Below, piece after piece: positions 11,601 through 22,944 of a stretch of 64,000 nt of DNA. The DNA is taken from NCBI GenBank assembly GCA_964187785.1, contig OZ076413.1, positions 50,346,001 through 50,410,000 on the forward strand. The letters run 5' to 3'. The notes below the pieces were generated by a model. The model was not told where the DNA came from. It worked only from the letters and a program-made list of their open reading frames with translations, and made no database searches. The translations under genes were made by a program, and so were the position numbers. Source of the DNA: Amphiscolops sp. MND2022 (Eukaryota). The first letter of the stretch is position 1, and each line of letters begins with the position of its first letter.

Positions 11601-14212
11601 AGAGGACCCCATAGACCTGAGAAATATAACATCAAAACTAATAATTGAAGCAATCCCAGTCCCGTGAATAAAGTTATTACAGCTTATTACGTTACGTTTA
11701 GAACTATCCCGAACATCTGGGAACCGAGAAATGAAAAGTTGCTAGGGAAAATACGTGATTTTCACATTGTTCCCAGAATGTAAAAGGTGTAACTTGAGAA
11801 TTTTTTGAGTGACCTTATTTGGAACCTGCCAGGTTTTGCTTTCCTATTTTCTGTTAGTATAAAGTATAACGTTACAAACGCAGCAAACCGCGAGTAATTT
11901 CAACCAGTGGTTGTCGAGAAATAGCCGAAAACGCGTTATTTTTGCGACATTTTTTTGCACAGGTCGAAATCTCTCCTAAAAAGAAGAGCCAAAAACGGAT
12001 TGCACCATCGCGTAGAGCGCAAAAAGTTACGCTAGTAGCGTGATTTTGATGGCGCTACCAATAATACTCGTGGAAAAATCTTAGCCGCAGTTTTGCTCAA
12101 AAATCGTGTGAAAATGTCAAAAAAATGGAATTTTAGTTGAGCATAGTGCAATACCTCGCAGGTATCCCAGCACTAAAATTCTTGCATTTTTGCACGTACG
12201 GCACTAGATCCCGACGATTTGTGCAATTTGAGCAGCCGGATACTAGCCAAAGCTGAGAAATTGACATTTATGTGAATTTTGACCTGAAAAAGTGGTACCT
12301 CTGGTACATCAAGGTTTTGTCACCTCGGATCGCCGGATGTTAGTCCAGGCACCTCACCGCCGTGTTTTTCTGTTACGTTGGCAAAAGTTACGCTCGCATG
12401 CAAATTTTCGGGTGGCTGGGACGCCTAGAAGGCGAGTTTGATCACTTTTTGTGAATTTCACGACCATGTCAAATTTTCAGTGAACATTGTTAAGTGGCCG
12501 TGACACCCACAGGGTCAATTATGACGCAATCAAAGGCTCATTCCCCACGATTCAGCCAGTGTATTAGACGGTGTGAAATTTTCAGGTCGCTAGCAGCGCT
12601 AGAAGTGATTTTCACCTACCCCGGAGGTGCATGTTGACGAAAAAATTGTTGATTTTGCGTATTTTTGCAAAAAATCATATAGTTTTTGTCAGTGTACGTG
12701 CCAGTGAGGGCCAAGGCGACCCCATTAGCATACCAGGCCTCTTCAAGACGCCTCGTTGAATCACTTTGATTAGTGCTAAGCTGACCCTAAGATCTCGGGT
12801 CTCTGAGAAAACCGGTCTACGAGACATAGAGGTGAAAAACCGAAAATGGAAAGTCGCCTCCTGACTGCTATCAAAGTCACCCAAGTGCAATCTATCCATT
12901 GCGAACATGCATGCGCAATGGTTTTTGAACCCCGTGGGTGCTGGAGTACGTTTATAGGCACTTTTAGAGGTTTAGACTTTGAACGCAGTGCGTCTCGAAA
13001 CAGAACAACAAAGACACAAGTGACTACCATAGTTGAAAAAGAACGCTTTTTCTGATCGTACTACGATCGTAAGGCAAGAAACCGCTTCAAACTCAGTGTC
13101 TCTCCTCCTACTCACCCCCAAGGACTACCGGTAGTCTCTAACCACATTTTTGTTATTACTTGTGCCCTCCAGAAACAGGGCAGCATGAGTGACAAACGGA
13201 CTTTTCAGACAATCTAACATCTGTAGCCAAGCAGGCTTCTCAAAAAGTCAGTGTTCGTTGCTCGATTCATGCCTATGGCGTACTTTGGTACTCGGTACCA
13301 CAGTTGCGTGAACCATGTCAATATGAAAACGCCGGACCAGAGATTGGCCCGGGGAGTACCCGTACTCTCCCGAGAGAAATTAACACCAAGCATGATGAAA
13401 CACCTAGAGCTTCGAAGCTCTGAGAACTGCTTGGCCTGCGGCCGTGCTTTGAGAACTCGAATGATTGCTCTAGAACTTGTTTTTAATGCCGAAGACTGTT
13501 TTCATTATCTATCGTGCCTGATTTTTGACTTTTATTGGTCCTGCTCTATCATCGCTAGTGACATTGTCATCCTCTTGAAAAGCAGTATATTTCCATCTCT
13601 TGCATATACACTGGTGCTTGTACTACCTAGACAATACTCATATCTGAGCGTACACTGCTAACACAAAAGACTGAATAGGTCCTCACTTTTGGTGATATTT
13701 TTGATTTTTTGAGGCCTGTTTCACCATTGGTGCTAGTTATTGTGCAGTTTCTGTTGGCCATGAACTTTGCAAGACCACAGCTGTTACTTTTATTTTTCGC
13801 TTTTCAAGTGCTATCGTGCATTTTGTAAAACCTAAACTACCAGGTGGACCCCAGGTCAGTGCCAAACCTATTGTGATGGGTGCTTTTTAGACAGATGCAT
13901 TAAGGTGCTAGAATTTTTGAAATTTTGGTGCGAAGTTAAAAGTTTGAAATTGTTTTGAATATATGGCTAAATGTCTAAAGTTGCTAATATTTTCCAGTGC
14001 AAGAACCCGTTGTTGGTGTGGAATCCAAGGAAGCCTGCTAGGGTGGCAAAAACTCATGTTTTTGGGCAATAACGTGTTTTTGGCAACGACTTCCATTTAG
14101 ATTCCTGAAGTACCATGTTGCAACAGTATCACTGGATCATTGGATGGTAGCAACCAAGATGTGAACGTCCTCTCTCGTTTGTCGAGGACGACAAACTACG
14201 GCCCGCGGAGGA

Positions 14213-14587
14213 TGTAACGTCCGGCAGTCGGCGAACGGAACGAACTTTGAAAATTTCGTTCAAGATGTCAAAGTGTGCGATATCGAAAAATGCACAAGAT
14301 GGCCGACCTGACAGGTACTGGAAATTGAAAAAGAGGACGAAAGAGTGCAAAAAGGACCGACCCTCCACCCAGGAACGAGAATGTCCGAGATGTCATCACC
14401 CAGAAGGCGAGAGAATCAGCAATTCTGCCATCTGACAGCAAAAAGACAGGGTTTTGGCAGAAAAGTGCCAAATGAGACCATTGTGCCCCGAAGATGAGGA
14501 ATGATGCCAGAGGCAGGAAGCCGATGATCGCCACCGAACTGTAACTGTATACTTTATTGGGGCCTATCCCCACCTATTTTGACTGTT
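14213..14587 (+). repeat. 3' LTR of element A, left half
   Basis: Matches 9538-9912. Confidence 0.93.
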
Positions 14588-15355
14588 TGTAACGGCAAGC
14601 TCTGGTACAGCAATATCAACCGATTTTGCAACTTTGACATGTTCAGAAATTTTGTCAAAAATTCTAATCCGATGTGTGACGTGGCACTGAGCATGTGATT
14701 ACTCTTTTCGCTGTTTCCACGAAATTGGCAGGTACTTCGACAACAAAGAGCAAGAACGAGCAAAAATACGGGCGCGCCGCCATGACAGAAGCCAGAGACG
14801 GCAAGAACATCCGAAAATAGACTCTTTTTGAGGTGCTAACACCGGTTTTATCGATTTTCAGCATTATGCTACCCTATGTAGCGGAAACCGTAAAAATGAG
14901 TCTTTTCGCCCAAAGATCCTTGTTTGGTGCTTGGAGCCCCTGCGCCCCAGCTTTTTAGCTGTGTGGTTTGCCATATTCGTGCCTGTTTTCATGTATTTTC
15001 AGTGATTTTGGCTGTATTCACTAGCGCTAGCGCTAGTTTAGATCTTATCCCCCAATTTTAGATCTTATTCACATGTCACCCTGGAACTGGAAATTTACCT
15101 TATTCTTGGCATTGTTTTTATATGCTAGTTAAGCGGTGGTCTTTAGAGAGCCAGAAAGATGCCCGTTACTATTAGCAATCAAAGGACCGGTTGGACAGTA
15201 TTCGTCGAAGCACCCGCGGCCTCGGGACGTATTTCACCCCTGGAGGCAAAATGGATCTGTGGCGATGGGCGCCTGTCCCGAGCGATTCACCCATTCCTGC
15301 AGGTTCCTCCACCTCTGTTAACGCGTTAAGCGACCGATAACTGCTTGCCGTTACA
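14588..15355 (+). repeat. 5' LTR of element B (768 bp)
   Basis: TGTAACGGCAAGC...GCTTGCCGTTACA 13-bp terminal inverted repeat; direct copy at 29296. Confidence 0.95.
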
Positions 15356-15369
15356 TGAGACCTCATTTT

Positions 15370-15386
15370 TGGCGACCACAGAGGGA
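15370..15386 (+). promoter_or_regulatory. PBS of element B (tRNA-Arg-like)
   Basis: TGGCGACCACAGAGGGA, after a 14-nt spacer following the LTR end. Confidence 0.75.
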
Positions 15387-18300
15387 TCGCTTCCGATTAC
15401 TGCCCTATTATATGGTTTTGAAATTTCCGACCCCCTGGTGTTGGACGCCAAGAACGATTGGACTCTGGAAAGAGACGTTTGCCCAGAGTTTTTCCAAATT
15501 TTTCAGATGATATGACATTATATTTTGGTATTTTTCCAGTCTTTCGGGGGATTTTCCCGAGTACCTTTGGTATATTTCGATAACAGGTACTTGTTGACAG
15601 ATATCGTCTAAAATTGTAAGGTTCCCATCAGCGGGTCCTCTTTTCAGAAGCGTAGTGGACAGTAGCACGTCGCTACTGGTGTTTAACAGGTTTTTCTAGC
15701 TGTTTTCAGTGATTTGCGCTTATGTACGAGAGGTGAAGTTGATGGTTGAACCATATTCCATCCGACTGATAGATGAGCTGAAACGAGTGTTCCCGACTCT
15801 CCTTCCCCATTTCTCGTGGAGACGTGCTAGAGGGATGGTTTTTGATGGAAACGTAGAACAAGTGCTGACGTTGCCGACGGTCTAAACTGTTTCTCTCTAG
15901 CTGGTCTGGGTGTTGAGAAAAAAGACGACGAAAGTACCACCCCTCATTTCAGAAGTATCAGTTTTTCGGAGTATGGTATGAGGTATGGTTTTTAGATTGC
16001 GTATTTTTTGACGGGGAATCATTTGTGCATGCTAGTGTTACCCTGTTGCAACTAAGTTTGTGCTTTTGCACCTGTTTTCAGTGAAAAAAGTGCGATTTTT
16101 AGTGCAAAAGTCGCAAAAACGTGATTTTTGGCATTTTTGAGTACTTTTCTTGGTACGAGCGCGAGCGCTCGAAGCATCAGCCACAGCAGTTGCAAAAATG
16201 AATAGAAAGCAGCCCAAAACCTTGAGGGTTATGCTACATAATGTAACTACAACCAGAAAGGCCGTTGGAGTCCTTTTTGAGACACATTTTGCATGAAAAA
16301 ACCCGGTTTTTGGCGAAATTGGCAAAAAACCACTACGAAATGCCACTGGGAAAGTGCTGGATTGTAATGTAATCGCCTCTTCCGTGCTGCTATTAGTTTG
16401 GGGCACACTCCACAGTACCGAAAATAGGATTTAAGAGAGTTTGTATTGTTTTCTTGGTGAGAACAGGTCGAAAAACCTTGATTTTTGGCCAGTTTCAGGA
16501 GTGCCAGAGTGCATCATTAAAACCTCTGAGGCACTCAGATTTTTCGAGACCTGGGAGCCCGCGCGCTCTCATTTTCTGTTTTTATAGTAAAAATAACGCG
16601 TGGTGGTGAAAACCGCGTGTAAAAACTCCCATTCAGTGCTGAGAAAAGTGGAAAAACGCACTGAATTTGATCAATTTTCCACAAAACCGGACTGTCTCTG
16701 AGCTGGGTCATCGATTCCTGAACCCTAGCCAAAAAGTGGTTGCATTTTCGTAACCACCAGAAAAATTAACGTTAGTGCCCAAAATTTGGCGAGCGTATCG
16801 CTCACCAAAGTCGAGAAAAGCTCTCTGACGTTTCGACTTCAGAGCAGCGTAAAAGGACCGAAAAAATCCAAAACTGCAGGACTGTCAGTGCCTTATACCT
16901 AACAGGCACAACTAATTGAGGGATTATCCCAGTGCTACGGATAGTGGGGCAACACGTTGGTCCCATTTTGCCCGCCGTATCACTTTCTGAGGTGATCCTC
17001 TTGGTCAATTTGTGAAAAAAGTCGTCAAAAACAGTAATTTTTTGTGTACAACGTACGTAGTAGGTCGAAACCCCAAATAAGCGCTCGCGCTTCAATTCGA
17101 CCAAATCAGTGGCATTGTAGGTGCCCACTGGCATAAACTACCAAGTTTGGTACCAATCCGTGTGATACTTGTTGAGAAAATAGGAAAAACGTGGCACCCA
17201 AAAAAGTGCGCAAAAAGGCAGTTTTTTCTTGATATTTCCGAGTAACCCGGGCACCTTAGCCGACAGGTGGGGCTATATTGCAGCCCACCATCGTAATTTG
17301 TGCTAGTTTCTACGTTGCTGCAGAGAATTTGAGCTTGCTAGCTCTTTCCAGTGGACCGCAATCTTGAAAAAGACGTGAAAAATAGTGCATTTCGGTACAT
17401 AGTGATACCGCACGTCTGTACCTAGGTGAAACTGTGTAGAAGGGGTGCAGCTCAAAACTCTTTTCATTTTCGTAATTTTACGTGTACCTAAGATCTGCTG
17501 GTCAATTTTGGGCTTGATACAGCGATTTCAGCGCACACACGAGCCTCTTGAGTGTTGTGGTGCGATTTTTGGAAAATCCAAAAATTCTTTGAAATACTTC
17601 CTGTGGGTGACTGGAGACTTTTTGCCTTAGACCAGGTTAGATTTCTGGCCCAGTGAGCTTGTGGAAAAACGCTGTGCAAATTTGAACAGCCTACGAGCCT
17701 TAGAACGTGTTTTGAAAAATCTTGGACGTTGAAAAACATCAATTTTCTTAAGTCCTCGCCGAGACGAGCAGAGGTCCAAATCCTTGAGAAGACCCCCTGC
17801 AAGCCTACCACCGTCTATTTCACTACTCTAACAGCGTGATTGGTGCCTACTGACAGCGTCTGCCAAGTTTGGTGTCAATTGTTACTATATCTGTTGAGAA
17901 ATGGACTAAAACAAACTGCACAAGAAGGTGCGCAAGAAGTCGAATTTTACGAAGTATTGTGGGATTGCCTGAACACCTTATTCAAAGAGTGGGGCCAAAT
18001 TGCTGCCCACTATCGTAACCAGTGCAAGTTTATCGTATTGTTGCAAAAAAACGATCGTGAACGCTCTTTGCAGATCGCCAGAATCTGGGTTGACACGTGA
18101 AGAACAGTGCATATTGGAACACAGTGATATCGAACGTCTGTACTGTGTTGAAACTTCACCTAGTCATCTCAGCACGAATCAGCTATTATTCCCTTGTACC
18201 TCAATTTACGTGGGACAGTGTGGTTGATTTTGTAGTCGGTCCTGCGCTTCTAGCGTTTGCGCTAGCCTCTGGAGTTTTTTTCAAGTGAAGCTGAAAAACC

Positions 18301-19592
18301 CAACAAACATCTGGAAAACCTCTGACCTGTGACTGGATCCTAATACCCCGATTCTGGACTCACTTTTTGGGTCAGTGCATCAATCTTGAAGTGCTGTATA
18401 CGTTTCAGCACACTGCGACCCTTGGAACTTATTTCGACGCTTCTCGGACGTGCATATTCATTGTGTCAGTTAGAGGTTTCACCGAGACGAAAACTGGGAA
18501 AGTGAGAAAAAAGTCCTTTCTACGTGTTGGAAACCTGTCGAAACCCCTAGTTTGAACTCCCAGTAGTTCGTTCATTGCTGTGCGTGTGATATTTGATCAG
18601 TATCGAGTGGGGTGCATTGCTGGATCATAGCATTTTGTTACTTGAAGTTGTGATATCTTGTGTATTGTAACGAATTGGATCATTTTTTCGGAATTGTCGG
18701 CGCACCTTATTGGGAAGTTGGGATTACATTGCCCTGAACTATTCTTATTAGTGTCATTTGGTGCACCGTTGCTGAAAAAGTGAGCTCGAGAGCACAACAC
18801 TGTGGACGAGAGTCTTTGATTGCATGTGAAAAATAGTGTCAATCGAAACACGGTGATACGGAACGTCCGTACCAGATCTAAATCTCGCCCAGTGGTCTGA
18901 AATCTCATTGGTTGCTACTGTAGTGTAGCTGGCTATACGTGTGATCGCGTGATCAATTTCGAGCCCGATACCACGTTTCCAGCACTTGTAAAAGCCATCT
19001 GAGTGATTTTCGAAAAAAGTTGAAAAGTCCTAAAATAGTTGAAAAAGGCTCTAGCTTGGAGCTGGAGGCAATTATCAGCTACGGAAGGTTATTTTTCTGA
19101 CTTGTGTGGCTGACAAATTGTGCTGTGTCATTTTGTACCCAGTACGATTGATAAAACTGAATTTGACTCTGTTCAGACACACGTCTTGAACAAAATTCAA
19201 AAAACACCAGAAAATTTATCATTGTAAACCTTCATTACTTCCGCTGTACAGGAGGCAAACCCAAAAAGCCTTCATTTTCCAACGGACGGGACCCAATAGA
19301 CCTTCCTGGGTGCAAACGAGGCAAATACCACGGTTCAAAAAAATTGCCGGCAGGGGTCATAAATTTTGGACTCCTCTGGAACTTTGAAATTTGATCCTGA
19401 ACAGTTCAAGGCAGCAGTTTTAAGTGCCTGCGACGCACTCTGGCCTCTAACTCTCAAGATAACGAGCCGAAGAGGAGCATAAGGACTCCCAGTCCTAGTT
19501 CAGTATGGTCGTCTAAAAGATCTTCTCTCCATGAAGCCAGTATTCAGTTTTATCAGAAACAGGACCAACAATTAGAGGCCCTGGAGCAGCAG

Positions 19593-21107
19593 ATGGATGA
19601 GATGTCAATCCTTTTGGCACAAGGCACACTTCGCGGGGAGAAACTGCTAGCACAAATGCAGTGGATAAATGCAGAAGTACAGGCACACCTCACAAATGCC
19701 GATATCAATGTTTCAAACGACGTCAAATCAGAACCATTGACACCGCCAACAAAAGACATGGGGGTGGACCCAATATCTTTGGACAATACAACCATGGGTA
19801 TTGCTGACACTTTGCCTGAATATCACGCCGGTGATAATGGGTTGCGCGAGCGCAACTTCTACTCTCGTGATACGGAGAATGAACGAATATCTATCTCATC
19901 CTCTACTTCCTTATCGCAGGATTCTTTAAGCAACTCTCACTCCCCTGGAACAAAGTCCCTAATATCAACTACGAAGTTGCTACCGAGTTTGCTGAAAGAC
20001 TCCTTTGAGCCACATTCCGCTACATCTAACGCTGGAATGAAACCTTCGGGAATATTCCAACGCCACTGCTTCCTTTTGAAGGGGGGAGAGGGCACCAGCG
20101 CAGCACAACCAATCGATGAACCGGCCTCGATATCTTCGAACAACCCAACCATGGGCATGGCTCACACGTCGCCTATGGATCGAGGCGGGTTGCTCGAGGA
20201 CAATCATGGTACTGATGACCCAAAAGATGAATTGATATCTCCGGAACAATTGAAATTCACGGAGGCGATATCCAAAACTATAACTAAAGCGTTGGCTCCC
20301 TTGATTGCCAATCGTGATCAAACCGCTGTTCGACCAACCTTATACAGAGGTTCGAAAGACGGGACTGTTGAAGAGTGGTTGCTCGTGATGAAACGGTATT
20401 TGGAGCGAGTTTATTCCAATGCTTCACCTGTCGACAAGGCCTGGGCGATAATCGATCACTTAGGTGATGAAGCTCGGAGTTTTATAATCAACAAACCGGA
20501 GTCCGAACGGGATTCTCACGAGAAGGTGACTACCTTGCTCTCCAGCAGATTTGGGATTGGGAAAAGCCGCTGGCCAGTGAGGCAGGCTTTCAGGTTGCGG
20601 AATCAGCTTGAGAAAGAGGGCCTGATGCAGTATCTAGATGCATTAGAGAGTCTGAGGAGTCAGGGTTTTCCTGATGAGCCTATCACTACCCGACGCTATG
20701 AAATCTTGCATCGGTTCATGGATGGGGTCAGCGATCCCGTGTTGCAACGAGAACTGACGGTAGTGTTTGCGACTGAGGCGTATCTAGCCGACCCACCTAC
20801 CGTAGAATCACTTCGGTTCACTGTACAGGAACTCCAAAGGAGTCGTCACCAACAACAGCCTCGTGACCCACGGTGCACCGAGGCTTTACCTTACCAGTGC
20901 CTACAGAGCGACCAAGTGCCGGGGTCACCAGTGGCTCCGCAGTATGAATCGCTGCCACCCCTTGCACGCCGGCCAGCGCGATTGCCGATGCCGGCTGCGT
21001 CAGTACACACAACCCCTGAATACAGACAGACCGCAACCTTAGAGCAATCCGCGCGCTGCTTGCAGAGTGCTTGCGCCTGCTGTCCCAGTGAAGTCGTGCA
21101 CAACTGA
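19593..21107 (+). CDS. gag: Gag (capsid-like) of element B, 504 aa
   Basis: Retrotransposon-gag-like pattern YRGSKDGTVEEWL...AIIDHLGDEAR...FRLRNQ...YLDALESL...FMDG. Lies upstream of the protease. Confidence 0.85.
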   Translation: MDEMSILLAQGTLRGEKLLAQMQWINAEVQAHLTNADINVSNDVKSEPLTPPTKDMGVDPISLDNTTMGIADTLPEYHAGDNGLRERNFYSRDTENERISISSSTSLSQDSLSNSHSPGTKSLISTTKLLPSLLKDSFEPHSATSNAGMKPSGIFQRHCFLLKGGEGTSAAQPIDEPASISSNNPTMGMAHTSPMDRGGLLEDNHGTDDPKDELISPEQLKFTEAISKTITKALAPLIANRDQTAVRPTLYRGSKDGTVEEWLLVMKRYLERVYSNASPVDKAWAIIDHLGDEARSFIINKPESERDSHEKVTTLLSSRFGIGKSRWPVRQAFRLRNQLEKEGLMQYLDALESLRSQGFPDEPITTRRYEILHRFMDGVSDPVLQRELTVVFATEAYLADPPTVESLRFTVQELQRSRHQQQPRDPRCTEALPYQCLQSDQVPGSPVAPQYESLPPLARRPARLPMPAASVHTTPEYRQTATLEQSARCLQSACACCPSEVVHN

Positions 21108-22944
21108 GGTGTCTGCAGGTCGTCCAACATTATCAATCCAGTCGGAAGCTTCCAGCCATAGGGCTGAAGAAAAGAAGAAAACGGATGCAACGCAAACCCT
21201 GTCTACTGCCTCTGGCAGGGTATTAATGCTACGTCCAGCTGACCAAGCCACCGTAAATGCTCCATTGACTGTCACCTGTGGCACAAAGCAGAAGCAGACA
21301 GGTTTGGAGTCCACAACGTTTGACCCTAGTGGCCGGACTTTATTGTCTGTACACCTAGTGCTGGCCTCGGAGCAACAAAAACGCCCAGATTTGACTTTGG
21401 AAAAATTGAAGCTGGAGTTAGCTAGCAATTCGGCTTTCAAAAAGATCTCCTTACCACTGCCAAAAGATTGGTATACTGAAGGCGAAGCTATTACGTGCAC
21501 GGCATACACCCCAGTTCCTGTGCATGACAACATAGATGGCGTGGACATGAAATTTGATGCTAGCGTGGTAGTAGATGTGTTCCCTCAAGGAGTGTGTCTA
21601 GGGCCACATGAATTACGCTGCTATAGCATCAGCAAGCAGGAGCCCACAGGTGAGGCCCACATAGATGAGCGTGCGTCGCTCGTAGTATCTTTTGCAGTGC
21701 CAGATGCCAACCCTATTCCACTGAGAGGAATGGTCGACACGGGGTCAGGCGTATCAATCATGAGTTTCTCAGCCTTCAACCGTGTAGCCTTGCGGACAGG
21801 TGTAGCGCTACAACCTTACCGAATCGACTTGTATGCTGCTAATGGGAAGACGATGAAAACTTTTGGAATAGCGGAGCGTGTGCGCTTCCAACTTGGTGGA
21901 TATGAACTCGAAACAAATTTCGTGGTCGTTGATGACGCACATGGCTTGGAAGATTTCTTGCTGGGTAGGAATTTTCTGCGAACATACAACGTGCTGGTAG
22001 ATCTGACGTCCATGAAAATTGTGGTGCGAGCACCGTCTAAGCCTGTGTGGCATCACGCACACGCCCAGACGAGTGACGAAGCTTTATCCAGCACAGTAGT
22101 CTTGGATCAAGACGTAGTGCTCCAGCCATTTGAACGTGCTGTTCTACGTGCCAAGGTGGTCACTTCGAACTTGGAAGCTTTTGCTTTCAGTAATGTTGTG
22201 ATTAACTTTGCAACACCGAACCGATTGCTGAAAAACACTATATTCGTGGAAGACACTATAGCCACTGTTGGAGAGACAGGTTCGTTCTATGTCTCTGTTG
22301 GCAATCTGACAAGCAATGCCCAGAAAGTGAAGTGCGGCACCATGCTTGGCACTGCTGCGCCAGTACGCCTAGTCTACCATGCAGTTCCCCAATGTGCGCT
22401 AGCGCACAAAAGCGAAAGTGACAAAAAATCGGACTCCCCAAATGAGTTCGTCAACAGGGTCTATTCTCAAATGGACCTGAACTCGCATTCAAAATGTTCG
22501 TCATCGTCGGAATTCGAGTTACTCTCCTCTACAGACCCATCGGAGGAGGGATTGTCAGAGCGCGAGATCAGAAAGCGCACTGACCCTGATCTCTTGGCCC
22601 CTATTCCTGGACCCGAATCTCAGTTAGAGGAGGTACAAAAGTTGTGGGGGAAGACTGCCCGCGACTCGCTGAACAACATCCTTACGGAATTTGATGACCT
22701 ATTCATGAAGCACAAAGCAGACATTGGTCGCTGCACAATAGCCAAGCATCCTGTTGAGTTGGAGCCTGGAGCTACACCGCACCGTGAAGGCGCGAGAAGA
22801 ATGTCGCCTGACAAGGCGGAGCGCGCCAATCAAGAAGTACGCAATCTCCTGGCTTTGGGCATGATCCAACCTTCGCTATCACCTTGGGCGAGTGGGATTG
22901 TGATGGTAAAAAAGAAAAATGGGGAGTTGCGATTGTCACAATAA
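21067..22944 (+). CDS. pol: Pol part 1 of element B: aspartic protease, linker and RT N-terminus
   Basis: MVDTGSGVSIM and FLLGRNFL protease motifs; IQPSLSPWASGIVMVKKKNG marks the RT start. Confidence 0.9.
   Translation: MLAPAVPVKSCTTEVSAGRPTLSIQSEASSHRAEEKKKTDATQTLSTASGRVLMLRPADQATVNAPLTVTCGTKQKQTGLESTTFDPSGRTLLSVHLVLASEQQKRPDLTLEKLKLELASNSAFKKISLPLPKDWYTEGEAITCTAYTPVPVHDNIDGVDMKFDASVVVDVFPQGVCLGPHELRCYSISKQEPTGEAHIDERASLVVSFAVPDANPIPLRGMVDTGSGVSIMSFSAFNRVALRTGVALQPYRIDLYAANGKTMKTFGIAERVRFQLGGYELETNFVVVDDAHGLEDFLLGRNFLRTYNVLVDLTSMKIVVRAPSKPVWHHAHAQTSDEALSSTVVLDQDVVLQPFERAVLRAKVVTSNLEAFAFSNVVINFATPNRLLKNTIFVEDTIATVGETGSFYVSVGNLTSNAQKVKCGTMLGTAAPVRLVYHAVPQCALAHKSESDKKSDSPNEFVNRVYSQMDLNSHSKCSSSSEFELLSSTDPSEEGLSEREIRKRTDPDLLAPIPGPESQLEEVQKLWGKTARDSLNNILTEFDDLFMKHKADIGRCTIAKHPVELEPGATPHREGARRMSPDKAERANQEVRNLLALGMIQPSLSPWASGIVMVKKKNGELRLSQ

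Noticed and set aside
16802..17134. Identical 110-aa ORF at 1453-1785 and 16802-17134 as a conserved gene
   Set aside because: The identity reflects near-identical DNA in two related elements; there is no recognisable motif or synonymous divergence.
22884..22944. Programmed frameshift between the two B pol ORFs
   Set aside because: The break removes the conserved RT motif FCxDFRxLN, so it is a deletion lesion.
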